Shown here: positions 49,018 to 59,647 of the stretch, one piece after another | How the letters are laid out: each line of letters starts with the position of its first letter | Position numbering within the stretch: the first letter of the stretch is position 1 | From: Aulosira sp. ZfuVER01 | GTDB lineage: Bacteria; Cyanobacteriota; Cyanobacteriia; Cyanobacteriales; Nostocaceae | Assembly: GCA_034530615.2 (NCBI GenBank) | Contig: JAVRCV020000052.1 | Coordinates: 160,001-224,000, forward strand | Length of the DNA stretch: 64,000 bases | Reading direction: 5' to 3' | Translations under genes and position numbers: made by a program | The notes under the pieces: generated by a model | The model's database searches: none | Seen by the model: only the letters and a program-made list of their open reading frames with translations | What the model was told of the DNA's origin: nothing

Positions 49018-49334
49018 GATTGCTCAGAAAAAATATTGTTCTATTTATTAGAGCGTGTAAATTTGATTTTCAGGGTTTCGTAGAATTAATTCCGATTAAA
49101 TTATCTCTTGCCTAATCGGCTAAAAGCTGCTAAAGCAAAAAAATTTACCTGAAAATAGTGCCTGCAAGGACGGAAACAAGCTGATAATCTTTGCAATTAC
49201 CAGCTATTTTTCATACTTTTGTTTTGAGCGATCGCCTGCGGTGGAGTGTAATAAAAAAAAACAAAGCCTGCAAAGGCAGGCTGCAACTTAAACTTCTTGG
49301 GAGGATTTACGGGAAATTGCAGGATGTCTTGGTA

Positions 49335-49640
49335 TTAAAAGTTAGAACGTGAAGAGGAGCCTACTACATCACGGTTGCTATAAGCAGTGTCATCGTGTCT
49401 GCGGCTCTTACGTCCAAATAGACCAAACAAACCTAGTAAACCAAGCAAACCCCAATCGCCATCTGCATAATTACCGTCAGTTACAGGGCGGTCTGTGGTG
49501 GTAGTCGTATCTGTAGTCGTGGTTGTGCCATCAGGATTAGTTGTTGTTTGGGCAGAAGCAGGTAATACTGTAGGCACAATCGCTAAACTTAGCGCTAGAA
49601 CAGTACTTCCCAGAACTTTGTTCAAATTAGAGTGTTTCAT
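49335..49640 (-). CDS. WGxxGxxG-CTERM secreted protein
   Basis: Signal peptide (PASA-Q), Thr-rich linker, WGLLGLLGLFGL plus basic tail. Confidence 0.88.
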   Translation of the reverse strand: MKHSNLNKVLGSTVLALSLAIVPTVLPASAQTTTNPDGTTTTTDTTTTTDRPVTDGNYADGDWGLLGLLGLFGLFGRKSRRHDDTAYSNRDVVGSSSRSNF

Positions 49641-49796
49641 AATTAAGTCCCCACTTGAATTTCTGTAAGCAATAGTTACAGCTTATGAAGTTATCAAGGA
49701 GCTAGAATCTTTCGTTAGCTGGAGATGCATCTCCGCTTGAAGTCGCATTTTCGATCGTTCGCCGGGTAAGGTAGTAGTAGATAGCAAACGTTTCAC

Positions 49797-50417
49797 TCAA
49801 ATCTCTCGAATCCAGAGAGCCAATCCTCCCCCACGACCGCGAGCTGCAATAAAATCTTTTGTAACTAAAAAGAAGGCAAAGAAAGGTAATTTAGCTATAG
49901 GCTGGCTGTAAAAATCTCCGTTTTGCACCTGACCAGAGCGAATCTGTCCGTTGTAAACAACACGACTAAACAGGCTAATTTGCATTTGGGTAAAATCAAA
50001 CGCCAATAAATTCTTCTTGTCTAAATATTTTGCTGGCCCCGTTAGTTTTACTAACACCGAGCCTACTTGCACCTGATTTGTAATTTCGCCTCTACCCAAA
50101 TCCTCTTCTGAACTCGCATTAAAGGAAATATGCGCTGCTGCAAATTTGGGCATATACAAACCCTTACCTAAGACAATTCCTCCCCGTTTTCTCACCTTAC
50201 GAGTCCCAGTAGCAAAGCAAAGCCGCCATTTGCCAACAAGAGACTCAAAGTTATAAGCTAATCGTTCTTGTTTGGCAGTTTTTTCCGCTGCTAGCAACGC
50301 ATCCACTAGCAAAGAAGCAGTCGGAAGTTTACCACCCTCGCCTCGATAAGCAGCCGTAGCTTGAGATAATGCCTGTAAAAAATCAGGTGTAGCCGTAGAT
50401 GTTAGATCAGCCGTCAT
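49797..50417 (-). CDS. Conserved hypothetical protein (PAP/fibrillin-like)
   Basis: LVGKWRLCF and IAARGRGGGLALW motifs. Confidence 0.65.
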   Translation of the reverse strand: MTADLTSTATPDFLQALSQATAAYRGEGGKLPTASLLVDALLAAEKTAKQERLAYNFESLVGKWRLCFATGTRKVRKRGGIVLGKGLYMPKFAAAHISFNASSEEDLGRGEITNQVQVGSVLVKLTGPAKYLDKKNLLAFDFTQMQISLFSRVVYNGQIRSGQVQNGDFYSQPIAKLPFFAFFLVTKDFIAARGRGGGLALWIREI

Positions 50418-50608
50418 GAACCCACTCTAGATTTAAATTACTCTTTGTCTTCTATTCTCCACCTATTTTCCATAGCAGTTACATACACTCACTCTATGAG
50501 TTATTGAAATGTAGGGTATCTTGTTGCGTAGCACAACGTACTATTAATAATTCAATGGATTGGTATAAAGCTTTGCGGTTGCAAATAGAGGAAGGATAGC
50601 CGCTACTT

Positions 50609-52624
50609 TTACTCAGGCAAATGCCAAATTTTAATAATATTCTCAGCACTACCACCACTAGCAATTGTCTTACCATCTGGACTAGTTGCTACAGAATAAA
50701 TATAACCAGAATCTCGTTTTAAAGTGCGGATTTCTTTGCCTGTTATTGTATCCCATAATTTGATTGTATTGTCACTGCTACCACTAACAAGGGTTGTACT
50801 GCTCAATGTTTTGCTAGCTCCTACTTTTGGTAAATAAGCAACAGAATTCACTTTGTCAGTATGACCTTTTAATGTGCGAATTGTCTCTCCCGTTACCATA
50901 TTCCACAATTTAATTGTTTTGTCCTTGCTCCCACTAGCAAGAGTCATACCATCTGGGCTAAAAGCAACAGAAAGAATTAATTGAGAATGTCCGACAAAGG
51001 TGCGAATTTCCTTTCCTGTCGCCACATTCCACAGTTTAATTTTCTTGTCCCAACTACCACTAGCAAGGGTAATACCATCCGGACTAAAAGCGATCGCAGA
51101 AACTGCTTGAGAATTTCCCGTCAAGGTGCGACTTACCTTGCCAGTTGACAGATTCCACAATTTAATCTTCTTGTCTAAACTGGCACTAGCTAAGGTTTTA
51201 CCATCGGGACTAAAAGCGATCGCAGTAATTCCATCAGTATGCTCTTTTAATGTCCGAATTTCTTTTCCAGTTGAAACATTCCACAGTTTGATAGTCTTAT
51301 CTGCACTACCACTAGCTAAGGTTTTGCCATCTGGACTAAAGGCGACAGTCCAAATCCATTGAGAATGTCCTTTGAGAGTCCGGATTTCCTTTTGAGTTCC
51401 CAGATTCCAAAGTTTAATTGTATTGTCGTCACTACCACTAGCCAGGGTAACACCATCAGCAGCGAAGGCGACAGAATTCACATCGCTGGAATGTCCCTTC
51501 AAGGTATAGGGTTGCTCGGAATTTTCTTTAGTGTTTGCAGGCTGATTGGGGTTAGAGAATGTAAATAGTACTTGGGAGCGAGATTGTAAATACCAAATTC
51601 CTCCTAATCCCAACAGAAAAATAGCTGCACTGGTTAGCAATCGTTTTTTAGAATATGGTATTTGGGTAGTTGATGAGGTTGGAAGTACAGTTGGGAGCGA
51701 TGCTGCTAATGCTTTCTGAGTTGTCAAGTCTTGGATAACTTCATCAGCAGATTTATAACGCTTATGAATATCTGTTGTTAACAACTTGTTCAGAATTCGA
51801 TCTAAATTTACATCTAAGGGGACTCCATGCCTATTCTCATTACTTACATATTGCTGCCAAGAATTAACCCAACTATAGCCATTTTGCATCCAAAGTTGAG
51901 ATGGGCGAATCCTCGTCAATAAATGAAAGCAAGTTGCACCTAAACTAAATAAATCGCTCGATGGATACGTTTTACCATCCTGCATTTGTTCAATAGGAGT
52001 ATAACCATGCGAGCCAATAGTCGTCCCAATTTGAGTATGTACTGCTGCTGTTAGCTGCTTTGAAGAACCAAAATCAATTAACACTAATCGCCCATCACTT
52101 TGACGGCGAATAATATTTTGTGGCTTGATATCGCGATGAATAACTCCACGATCGTGGATAAATTGTAGAACAGGAAGTAAATCTAACAAAAGTTCAATAA
52201 TTTTACTTTCGTTGTAGATTACACCTTTTTGTAATTCTTGTTGTAAGTTCTGTCCATTGATATACTGCTGGACTAAAAATAGATAATTGTCTTGTTCAAA
52301 GTAAGCTAAAAGTGTAGGAATTTGCGGATGCTCTCCTAACTTTTGCAGTTGTTTCGCCTCTTCTTTAAATAGCTCAACAGCCTTCTTCAATGCAGAGGTT
52401 TCCTGTATTTTTGGTGCGAATTGTTTAACTACACACCATTCATTTAGCTTATCCGCATCTTCCGCTAGATAGGTTCTACCAAATCCGCCTTCATCAGAAA
52501 GCACTTTAATGACACGGTAACGTCCTCGCAAAAGTTCTATCAATGGTGTGTTGCAACTCTGACAAACTTTGTTTCTGTCAGGGTTTTGAGGACTGAGGCA
52601 ATCGGGATTCAGGCAGCAGCGCAT
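50609..52624 (-). CDS. Ser/Thr kinase with N-terminal 4-Cys motif, TM helix and WD40 repeats
   Basis: CCLNPDC..CQSC, GGFG, HRDIKP, DFG, TM, about 7 GH...WD-type repeats. Confidence 0.93.
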   Translation of the reverse strand: MRCCLNPDCLSPQNPDRNKVCQSCNTPLIELLRGRYRVIKVLSDEGGFGRTYLAEDADKLNEWCVVKQFAPKIQETSALKKAVELFKEEAKQLQKLGEHPQIPTLLAYFEQDNYLFLVQQYINGQNLQQELQKGVIYNESKIIELLLDLLPVLQFIHDRGVIHRDIKPQNIIRRQSDGRLVLIDFGSSKQLTAAVHTQIGTTIGSHGYTPIEQMQDGKTYPSSDLFSLGATCFHLLTRIRPSQLWMQNGYSWVNSWQQYVSNENRHGVPLDVNLDRILNKLLTTDIHKRYKSADEVIQDLTTQKALAASLPTVLPTSSTTQIPYSKKRLLTSAAIFLLGLGGIWYLQSRSQVLFTFSNPNQPANTKENSEQPYTLKGHSSDVNSVAFAADGVTLASGSDDNTIKLWNLGTQKEIRTLKGHSQWIWTVAFSPDGKTLASGSADKTIKLWNVSTGKEIRTLKEHTDGITAIAFSPDGKTLASASLDKKIKLWNLSTGKVSRTLTGNSQAVSAIAFSPDGITLASGSWDKKIKLWNVATGKEIRTFVGHSQLILSVAFSPDGMTLASGSKDKTIKLWNMVTGETIRTLKGHTDKVNSVAYLPKVGASKTLSSTTLVSGSSDNTIKLWDTITGKEIRTLKRDSGYIYSVATSPDGKTIASGGSAENIIKIWHLPE

Positions 52625-53072
52625 ACTGGGAATCCATCTGCAATGTGTGTATATATTAATTCATGACACATAATTTTGCCATAAGGTTGTAAGTCAATGA
52701 TTATTTTGCATCAGGAAATTAATCTACAAGTAACTCAACAATTTAAAATTAAAAATAAATTCTCCTTAAGAGCGATCGCCAGCAGCATCTTTTCTGCTTA
52801 GGTGGCTCATTTTATATGAGCTATGTACTCTTAATAATTCAGGGCTAAAAAAACTTTGATCGCATCCCGCTATAGATACAGATAAATTGGTGAACGTTAC
52901 TACCCTATGGAAATATCCCGTCTGGGTGACTACGCTCAAATTTAAAATGCAAAATTTCTCCGTAAAATTTTCCTTATTAGGGAAACTAAGGCTACTAGCT
53001 ATAAGTCGGAGAATAGCAAGAGACTAGTGGCTCCTACTAATAAATTTTTGCAAACTTCATAAAAGTTGAGGA

Positions 53073-54335
53073 GTGATTATGGTATCAGAAAAAAACAATA
53101 AAAAATCTCTTTTTCGATCTAACTTTTCGGTTATTTTTTCCCTAGGCAGTAGTTTGTTAATTGGTAGTTATTCTGTGCCTATCAGTGCTTTAGAAATACC
53201 AGAATACCTGGGACAGTTTACCATTGCCAAAACACCAGATGAGAGACAACCAGAAGCTGTAGAACAAGGAATTGAGCAAATTCCTACTTCTCAACCGCCT
53301 GTAGCTCCACAACGTACCCAACCTATCGATTCACCTCTACCGCCACGTGTACCGTCCGCAACTACAAATGCTCAACCAGCGCCAAGTTCTAGACCATCCC
53401 GACCTGTAGAGACTGAACCCGAACCAAGTCCCAGACCATCCAGACCTGTAGAAACTGAACCAGCACCAAGTCCCAGACCATCCCGACCTGTAGAGACTGA
53501 GCCAGCGCCAAGTCCCAGACCCTCTAGACCTGTAAATAATGGTTCTGCTCGTCCACGCCAGGGAGGTTATCAACCAACGACTCAACCACGTATAGGTAAA
53601 CCAACTCGTGAGGCTTCACCTGTTTCACCACCGCTAAATTTGAATTACAAGCCAATTAACTTTGTAGATTTCGCCTTCGGTATTCTAGGCAAGGGTGATT
53701 TCAAATCTCAAGGTAGGTATTATCATTTCTACCAATTTGAAGGCAGAGAAAATCAACTGATCCAAATTAGGCTTGGTGGTAGTACTGATACACGCCAATC
53801 AAATAACCTAAGTCTCAATCCCTATATGTTTCTGCTTGACCCGGATAATAACGTGATTGTGAAGCGAGGCAGTACGCAGACAACAGGTGGGATTAAAGAT
53901 GCATTTGTATTTGTTAGATTACCTGTTCAAGGTACTTACACGATCGCAGTCACTAGCCGCAACCCAGGTGATACAGGTCGTTATAGTTTAGCACTGAGGA
54001 ACGATCGAGCCAGCTACGTTCTAGACGAATCCGCCGAACTAACCGCCCAAAGCCTTACCCTCAAACAAAATAAAAGTCCCTACGATGTCTCTAAGTTTGA
54101 GGGCAAAAAAGATCAGCTGGTGAGCATTCGTGTAGATAGTGAGTTTGAAGAGTTTTCGCCTTACATAGTTTTATTAAATTCTCAAGGTAAGATTATTGCT
54201 GCGGATAATGCCAAAGATGGTAAGTACAGCGCTCTAATTGACCGCGCCAGATTGCCTGGAGATGATACTTACTATGTAGTGGTTACTTCCAATAACCCAC
54301 AAGAACGCGGCAGATATCGATTAACTCTCTACTAA
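53073..54335 (+). CDS. Secreted protein with Pro-rich linker and two PPC-like domains
   Basis: Signal-like N-terminus; Y.FEG...Q, PY..LL, GTYTIAVTS, GRY.L repeated twice. Confidence 0.8.
   Translation: MIMVSEKNNKKSLFRSNFSVIFSLGSSLLIGSYSVPISALEIPEYLGQFTIAKTPDERQPEAVEQGIEQIPTSQPPVAPQRTQPIDSPLPPRVPSATTNAQPAPSSRPSRPVETEPEPSPRPSRPVETEPAPSPRPSRPVETEPAPSPRPSRPVNNGSARPRQGGYQPTTQPRIGKPTREASPVSPPLNLNYKPINFVDFAFGILGKGDFKSQGRYYHFYQFEGRENQLIQIRLGGSTDTRQSNNLSLNPYMFLLDPDNNVIVKRGSTQTTGGIKDAFVFVRLPVQGTYTIAVTSRNPGDTGRYSLALRNDRASYVLDESAELTAQSLTLKQNKSPYDVSKFEGKKDQLVSIRVDSEFEEFSPYIVLLNSQGKIIAADNAKDGKYSALIDRARLPGDDTYYVVVTSNNPQERGRYRLTLY
53376..53534 (+). repeat. 42-bp coding tandem repeat (PAPSPRPSRPVETE), about 3.8 copies
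   Basis: Seen in DNA and translation, with synonymous variation between units. Confidence 0.92.
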
Positions 54336-54450
54336 CATGGGGCATGGGGCATGGGGCATTGGGCATTAGTTCTTTCCCCCTCATCTCCCTTGTCCCATTT
54401 CTCCCCACACTCCCCACACTCCCCACACTCCCTTGTCCCCCTCATCCCCC
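54336..54450. repeat. STRR-type repeats (CATGGGG)n and (CCCCACACT)n
   Basis: Direct inspection. Confidence 0.85.
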
Positions 54451-55962
54451 CAAACCCCAATCCGTCTTTCACTCGCAGCTATCGTGCTGTGGAGTATGAA
54501 TTTAGGAGGAGTCGCGCTACGAGATTGGGATGAGGGTTACTATGCGCTTGTGGCTCGTCAGATGTATCGTTCTGGCGATTGGCTCTATCCGCTACTAAAT
54601 GGACAGCCTTTTGATAAGCCTCCTTTAGGGGAATGGCTAATTGCTGCTAGCTACTCGCTACTAGGTATTAGTGAACTGACAACCCGCTTACCTTTGGCGT
54701 TAATTAGTGCTTGTGGTGTTCCCCTACTGTACTGGATAGGGAAAGAAATTTTTGCAACACAGTTGAGTGCGGTTTTTTCGGCTTTAGTTTATCTAACTTT
54801 GCTTCCCATTCTTAGACATGGACGCTTGGCTATGCATGATGGGATGACTGTGACGTTATTTTTGCTACTGATGCTTGGGCTGCTGAAATCTCGTCAGCAT
54901 CAACTGTGGGCAATAATTCCCGGTGTGGCGTTTGGGCTACTGATTTTAGCTAGGGGAGAAATGGCATTTGTGTTGGGAGCGATCGCTCTTTTATTCTTAG
55001 TAATAGATAGACGACTCTCGCTATTCAAAAATCCTTACCTCTGGATTGGTTTAGTAGCAGGGATTGTACCTGCGATCGCTTGGTATGTAGCCCAAGGACA
55101 ACAGTATGGGGCAGAGTTTTGGCAAGGTCGTTTTTTTGGGCCTTTGGTACAAAGGATTTGGCAACCGTTTCACAATCATGATGGCCCTCCTTGGTACTAC
55201 TTAGTAGAGCTACTGAAATATAGTTTTCCTTGGTTAATTTTCTTACCCAATGGTTTGGCGTTGGCATGGCAGCAACGTCATAGTAGCTGGGGACGATTAA
55301 CGTTGGTGGGAATGGTGGTTTATGGGCTGACGATTTCTGTGATGCGCACTAAGTTACCTTGGTATATTATGCCCATTTACCCCTTTGTGGCTTTAGCCGT
55401 AGGTGCAAAACTTGCCGCAGTTTGGCAGAACCCTAAACCTTATCCCAGTGCTTGGAAGTGGCTATTTGGTTTAGCGGCGTTGGTTGGGAGTGGAGGCTGT
55501 CTTTATTTTATTTTCAGTAATCAAGTAGCGCTGCTTCCTTTAGGAATTGCACTGACACTCGTCTTTAGCTATACAGTCTGGTTAATAACCAAGCAAAATC
55601 GCCAATTTATTGTGGTTTTATTTGCAGGTGTCTACTTGATTTTAGGAATATTTGTGAATTCTTCAGTTTGGGTGTGGGAATTGAATGAAGCTTTTGCTGT
55701 GAAGCCTGTTGCAGCTTTGCTACAACAAAACACCCCAAAAGATGCTGTTATCTACACATCTTTTGCCTATGGTCGTCCTAGTTTAGATTTTTACAGCGAT
55801 CGTCAAGTTAAAAGCGCAACTAGTGCAGAACTACAAACTCAATGGACAAAAAAATCTTACCTGCTATTAGATCGAGCAACACTCAATTCTCTGCAACTAC
55901 CTAACAGCAAAACTCTAGGTACAGCAGAAGGATTTAGCTTAATTGCTCCCAGTAGGAATTAA
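54433..55962 (+). CDS. GT-C fold glycosyltransferase (ArnT/PMT family)
   Basis: LRDWDEGYYA, DKPPL, RLP, HGRLAMHDG, TKLPWY, many TM helices; start lies inside a repeat tract. Confidence 0.8.
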   Translation: MSPSSPQTPIRLSLAAIVLWSMNLGGVALRDWDEGYYALVARQMYRSGDWLYPLLNGQPFDKPPLGEWLIAASYSLLGISELTTRLPLALISACGVPLLYWIGKEIFATQLSAVFSALVYLTLLPILRHGRLAMHDGMTVTLFLLLMLGLLKSRQHQLWAIIPGVAFGLLILARGEMAFVLGAIALLFLVIDRRLSLFKNPYLWIGLVAGIVPAIAWYVAQGQQYGAEFWQGRFFGPLVQRIWQPFHNHDGPPWYYLVELLKYSFPWLIFLPNGLALAWQQRHSSWGRLTLVGMVVYGLTISVMRTKLPWYIMPIYPFVALAVGAKLAAVWQNPKPYPSAWKWLFGLAALVGSGGCLYFIFSNQVALLPLGIALTLVFSYTVWLITKQNRQFIVVLFAGVYLILGIFVNSSVWVWELNEAFAVKPVAALLQQNTPKDAVIYTSFAYGRPSLDFYSDRQVKSATSAELQTQWTKKSYLLLDRATLNSLQLPNSKTLGTAEGFSLIAPSRN

Positions 55963-56014
55963 GCAAGAGTCAAAAGGCATTGGACATTGGTGATTTCTCC
56001 GCGTCTCCCTTGTC

Positions 56015-56060
56015 ACGCCACTTGCTTTAAGCCGGGAAACCCGTCCAACGCAGTGGCTCC
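56015..56060. repeat. 46-bp dispersed hairpin repeat, second copy
   Basis: acgccacttgct....ccgggaaacccg..caacgcagtggctcc. Confidence 0.85.
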
Positions 56061-56082
56061 TCCTTGTCCTCTACTCCCTACC

Positions 56083-57126
56083 TCATCCCCCCTGTTTCCC
56101 ATCTGATAGCGCCACTGGCCAGACTCTGATAGTGCGATCCTTACTAGCGCTAACAATATTATTACCATTAGGGTTGAAGGCAACAGCCCAAATCCTACTG
56201 GTATGGCCGTCGAAGCGGCGGATTTCCTGTTTCTGAGACACATTCCACAGTCTAACAGTGCCATCCCACCCACCACTGGCCAAGGTTTTACCATCGGGGC
56301 TGAAGGCTACCGACCAAACTCTGGTTTTATCTCCCTTGAAGGTAGTAATTTCTCTTCCTGTAGCCAGGTTCCACAATTTGATCGTGCCGTCCCAACTTCC
56401 ACTGGCAAGGGTTTTACCATCGGGACTAATAGTTACAGAATTCACTACACCTTGATGACCTATTAAAGTGCGTGTGATTTTTCCAGTTGACAAATCCCAC
56501 AGTTTGATATTTTTATCAAATTGATTGCTACTGGCAAGAGTATTGCCATCTGGGCTAAAAGCTACAGAATTAAAAATATCGCACTGTCCTTTAAGGGTGC
56601 GGATGACTTCTCCGGTAGTAAAATTCCAGATTTTGATGGTCTGATCCCAACTACTACTAGCTAGAGTAGTGCCATCCGGGCTAAAGGCTATAGACTGAAC
56701 CGAGAGTAAATGTCCTTTGAGAGTACGTATTTCCTCTCCCGTAGCCAGATCCCACAATTTGACAGTTTTATCTAAACTACCACTGGCAAGAGTTTTACCA
56801 TCTGGGCTAAAAGCTAAAGTATTCACCCAATTGGTATGTCCTTTGAGGCTGCGGAGTTCCTGTCCAGTACTCAAATTCCACAGTTTGATATTATTGTCTG
56901 TACTGACACTTGCAAGGGTATTGCCATCCGGGCTAATGGCTACAGCCCTAACTGAGCCAGGATGCCCTCTGAGAGTTAAGGCATCGGATGCTAGTTGATT
57001 GGGAGAATATGTCTCACCAGTTGCAGCTAAGGGAAATTGCGAAGACAAAACGCCCCCAAATCCTAACGCCAGGAAAATTGTGGCTGTTAAGACTCTAATT
57101 TTTGAGTTGATGAGATTTACAGACAT
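56083..57126 (-). CDS. Secreted/anchored WD40 repeat protein
   Basis: N-terminal hydrophobic signal followed by 7 WD40 repeats only. Confidence 0.88.
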   Translation of the reverse strand: MSVNLINSKIRVLTATIFLALGFGGVLSSQFPLAATGETYSPNQLASDALTLRGHPGSVRAVAISPDGNTLASVSTDNNIKLWNLSTGQELRSLKGHTNWVNTLAFSPDGKTLASGSLDKTVKLWDLATGEEIRTLKGHLLSVQSIAFSPDGTTLASSSWDQTIKIWNFTTGEVIRTLKGQCDIFNSVAFSPDGNTLASSNQFDKNIKLWDLSTGKITRTLIGHQGVVNSVTISPDGKTLASGSWDGTIKLWNLATGREITTFKGDKTRVWSVAFSPDGKTLASGGWDGTVRLWNVSQKQEIRRFDGHTSRIWAVAFNPNGNNIVSASKDRTIRVWPVALSDGKQGG

Positions 57127-57234
57127 CGCATATCCCCCAGTAGCATCACCCTAATGCTGCATAACATAGCAAGCATTTTAGATACAATTACTGATATGTA
57201 ATAAAATAAAATTATAATTCCTTTACAAAGTTTT

Positions 57235-59271
57235 CTAACTTGATAAATACCAAATCTTAATAGTGTTGTCCTCACTACCACTGATGAGGGTTTTACCATC
57301 AGGGCTAATGCTGAGGGAAGTTACAGTGTTGGTATGTCCAGTTAATGTTAAAAATTCTTCTCCTGTAAATAAATTCCATAATTTGATTGTGCGATCGCGA
57401 CTGCCACTAGCAAGGGTCTGACCATCAGGGCTAATAGCCAAAGATGTAACTGTGGTGTCATGACCAATGAGTGTGCGAATTTCTTTACCTGTAGATAAAT
57501 TCCACAGTTTAATTATGCGATCGCGGTTGGCACTGGCAAGGGTTCTACCATCAGGACTGATAGCTAGAGCAGTAATCGTTTTGTCATCCCCTTTCAAGGT
57601 GCGAATTGCGTATCCTTTAGATAAATTCCACAGTTTAATAGTTTTATCAAAACTCCCGCTAGCCAGAATTTTACCATCTGGACTAATAGCCATTGACCGC
57701 ACCCAGAATTCATGCCCCGCCAAGGTACGGAGATGCTCTCCTGTTTCTAGGTTCCAAACTTTGATTGTGTTGTCATCACTACCGCTAGCAAGGGTGGTAC
57801 CATCTGGGCTAATTACTAGAGTATGAACTGAGTCAGAATGCCCGATTAAGGTGTGAATGACTTTACCTGTAGATAAATTCCAAACTTTAATAGTGTTGTC
57901 ATCACTACCACTCACGAGAGTTTTACCATTAGGGCTGATAGCTACGACATTTACTCTTTGGGTGTGGCCGTTTAAAGTGAAAATTTCTTTTCCCGTTGCT
58001 ATATCCCATAATTTAATTGTGCGATCGCTATTGCTAGCGAATAACCTACCATCAGGACTAATAGCAACAGACAAAATCCCATTTTCATGTCCTTGAAGGG
58101 TATTAGCTAAGGAAATTTTCCTCAAGGTCATCTTTGGCTGCTGACCCAAAACTGCTTCACTGTTACGTGAATGATTATTCTGTTGACTCAGGCGAGACAA
58201 TAAACTGTTTTGCAGTCGGTGAAATTGTTTATACCAAGAGTCTCCAAATCCAAATAATAAAATAGCAGCAGATGCCAAGATCAGCAGTCTCAAGAAATTA
58301 TATTTTTTTGGTAAATGTTGTGTCTGAGTTTTTGGGGCTTTCCCAGAAAATTTACTTCCTGGTAACAGACGTAGTGGTTGTTTTTGTGACAAATCTTTGA
58401 TGACTTCATCTACTGTTTGATAGCGGTAGCGGATATCTTTTTGCAACAGCTTATCGAGTATCCGATCTAATTCCGCATCCAGTGGTTTGCGCAAATATTG
58501 TCGCCAATTTGTCACCCAAGAATATCCATGTTCTGTCCACAACTGAAAGGGAGAAATTCCCGTCAATAGATGAAAGCAGGTAGTTCCCAAGCCAAATAAA
58601 TCGCTAGCTGGATAAGCTTTACCATCTCTAATCTGTTCAATTGGGGAGTAACCATGAGAACCAATAGAAGTACCAATTTTATTTTGTACTCTTGCTGTTA
58701 ATTGCTTAGAGGAGCCAAAATCTATCAAGCATAAGCGTCCATCACTGTGACGGCGGATAATATTTTCCGGCTTGAGATCTCGGTGAATGACTCCGCGATC
58801 GTGAATGAATTTGAGGATCGGGAGCAAATCGCTCAAAATAGATTGAATCTCCTTCTCCTTATAGGTCTTGCGTTTTTGCAACTCCGTTAACAAATTCTCC
58901 CCATTGATAAACTGCTGCACTAAATATAGGCAGTGGTCTTGCTCAAAGTAAGCTAAGAGAGTCGGAATTTGCGGATGTTCTCCGAGTTGTTGCAGTCGTT
59001 TGGCTTCTTCAGCAAATAACTCCATCGCTTTTTTCTGCGACCAAGTTCCTTGAAACTTTGGAGCTAATTGTTTGACTACGCAGCGTTCGTGTAGTTTATC
59101 TACATCTTGTGATAAATAGGTTCTGCCAAATCCCCCCTCATCGGAAAGCACGCGAATAACACGGAAGCGATTTCTTAACAGTCCTAGGAGTGGGGTATTA
59201 CAGGCTTGGCAAAACTTATTTTCATCGGAATTTAGTGGATTTGAACAATCGGGATTTAAGCAGCAGATCAT
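57235..59271 (-). CDS. Ser/Thr kinase with 4-Cys motif, TM helix and WD40 repeats (paralogue of 50609-52624)
   Basis: MICCLNPDC start, VLSDEGGFGRTYL, HRDLKPEN, DFG, TM, 7 WD40. Confidence 0.93.
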   Translation of the reverse strand: MICCLNPDCSNPLNSDENKFCQACNTPLLGLLRNRFRVIRVLSDEGGFGRTYLSQDVDKLHERCVVKQLAPKFQGTWSQKKAMELFAEEAKRLQQLGEHPQIPTLLAYFEQDHCLYLVQQFINGENLLTELQKRKTYKEKEIQSILSDLLPILKFIHDRGVIHRDLKPENIIRRHSDGRLCLIDFGSSKQLTARVQNKIGTSIGSHGYSPIEQIRDGKAYPASDLFGLGTTCFHLLTGISPFQLWTEHGYSWVTNWRQYLRKPLDAELDRILDKLLQKDIRYRYQTVDEVIKDLSQKQPLRLLPGSKFSGKAPKTQTQHLPKKYNFLRLLILASAAILLFGFGDSWYKQFHRLQNSLLSRLSQQNNHSRNSEAVLGQQPKMTLRKISLANTLQGHENGILSVAISPDGRLFASNSDRTIKLWDIATGKEIFTLNGHTQRVNVVAISPNGKTLVSGSDDNTIKVWNLSTGKVIHTLIGHSDSVHTLVISPDGTTLASGSDDNTIKVWNLETGEHLRTLAGHEFWVRSMAISPDGKILASGSFDKTIKLWNLSKGYAIRTLKGDDKTITALAISPDGRTLASANRDRIIKLWNLSTGKEIRTLIGHDTTVTSLAISPDGQTLASGSRDRTIKLWNLFTGEEFLTLTGHTNTVTSLSISPDGKTLISGSEDNTIKIWYLSS

Positions 59272-59647
59272 GATTTGACAGGCGCTACTGCATGACAAAT
59301 TATGCTAAGTTTTACCCGTAATTTCCCTAATTATCAGACTAGCTCTGGTGTACTTTTGGTAGAAAAATCCCTGTGTTTGGGAATGGGGATTACTTAATAT
59401 AGTCAGCGTTTGTAGATTATAGTCAATTTTCCTCAATTAGGGGAAAATTACAAGAGCCAGTAGAATTATTTTCCGATTATATAATAATTTGATTTTAACG
59501 TCTTTAGTAAATCAGAATTTTAGTAAATTAGCTGGAATATAATTAATCAACAAATGTTTTAAACTTTACCAAAAATAAGTTATTTTTTTTACTACTAAAT
59601 ATATAGCTATTTTACAATCTAAAATCTAAAATTGTATAACTGTGTGG

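Noticed and set aside
53376..53534. Regular repeats as a CRISPR array
   Set aside because: Contiguous 42-bp coding units without unique spacers; no cas genes
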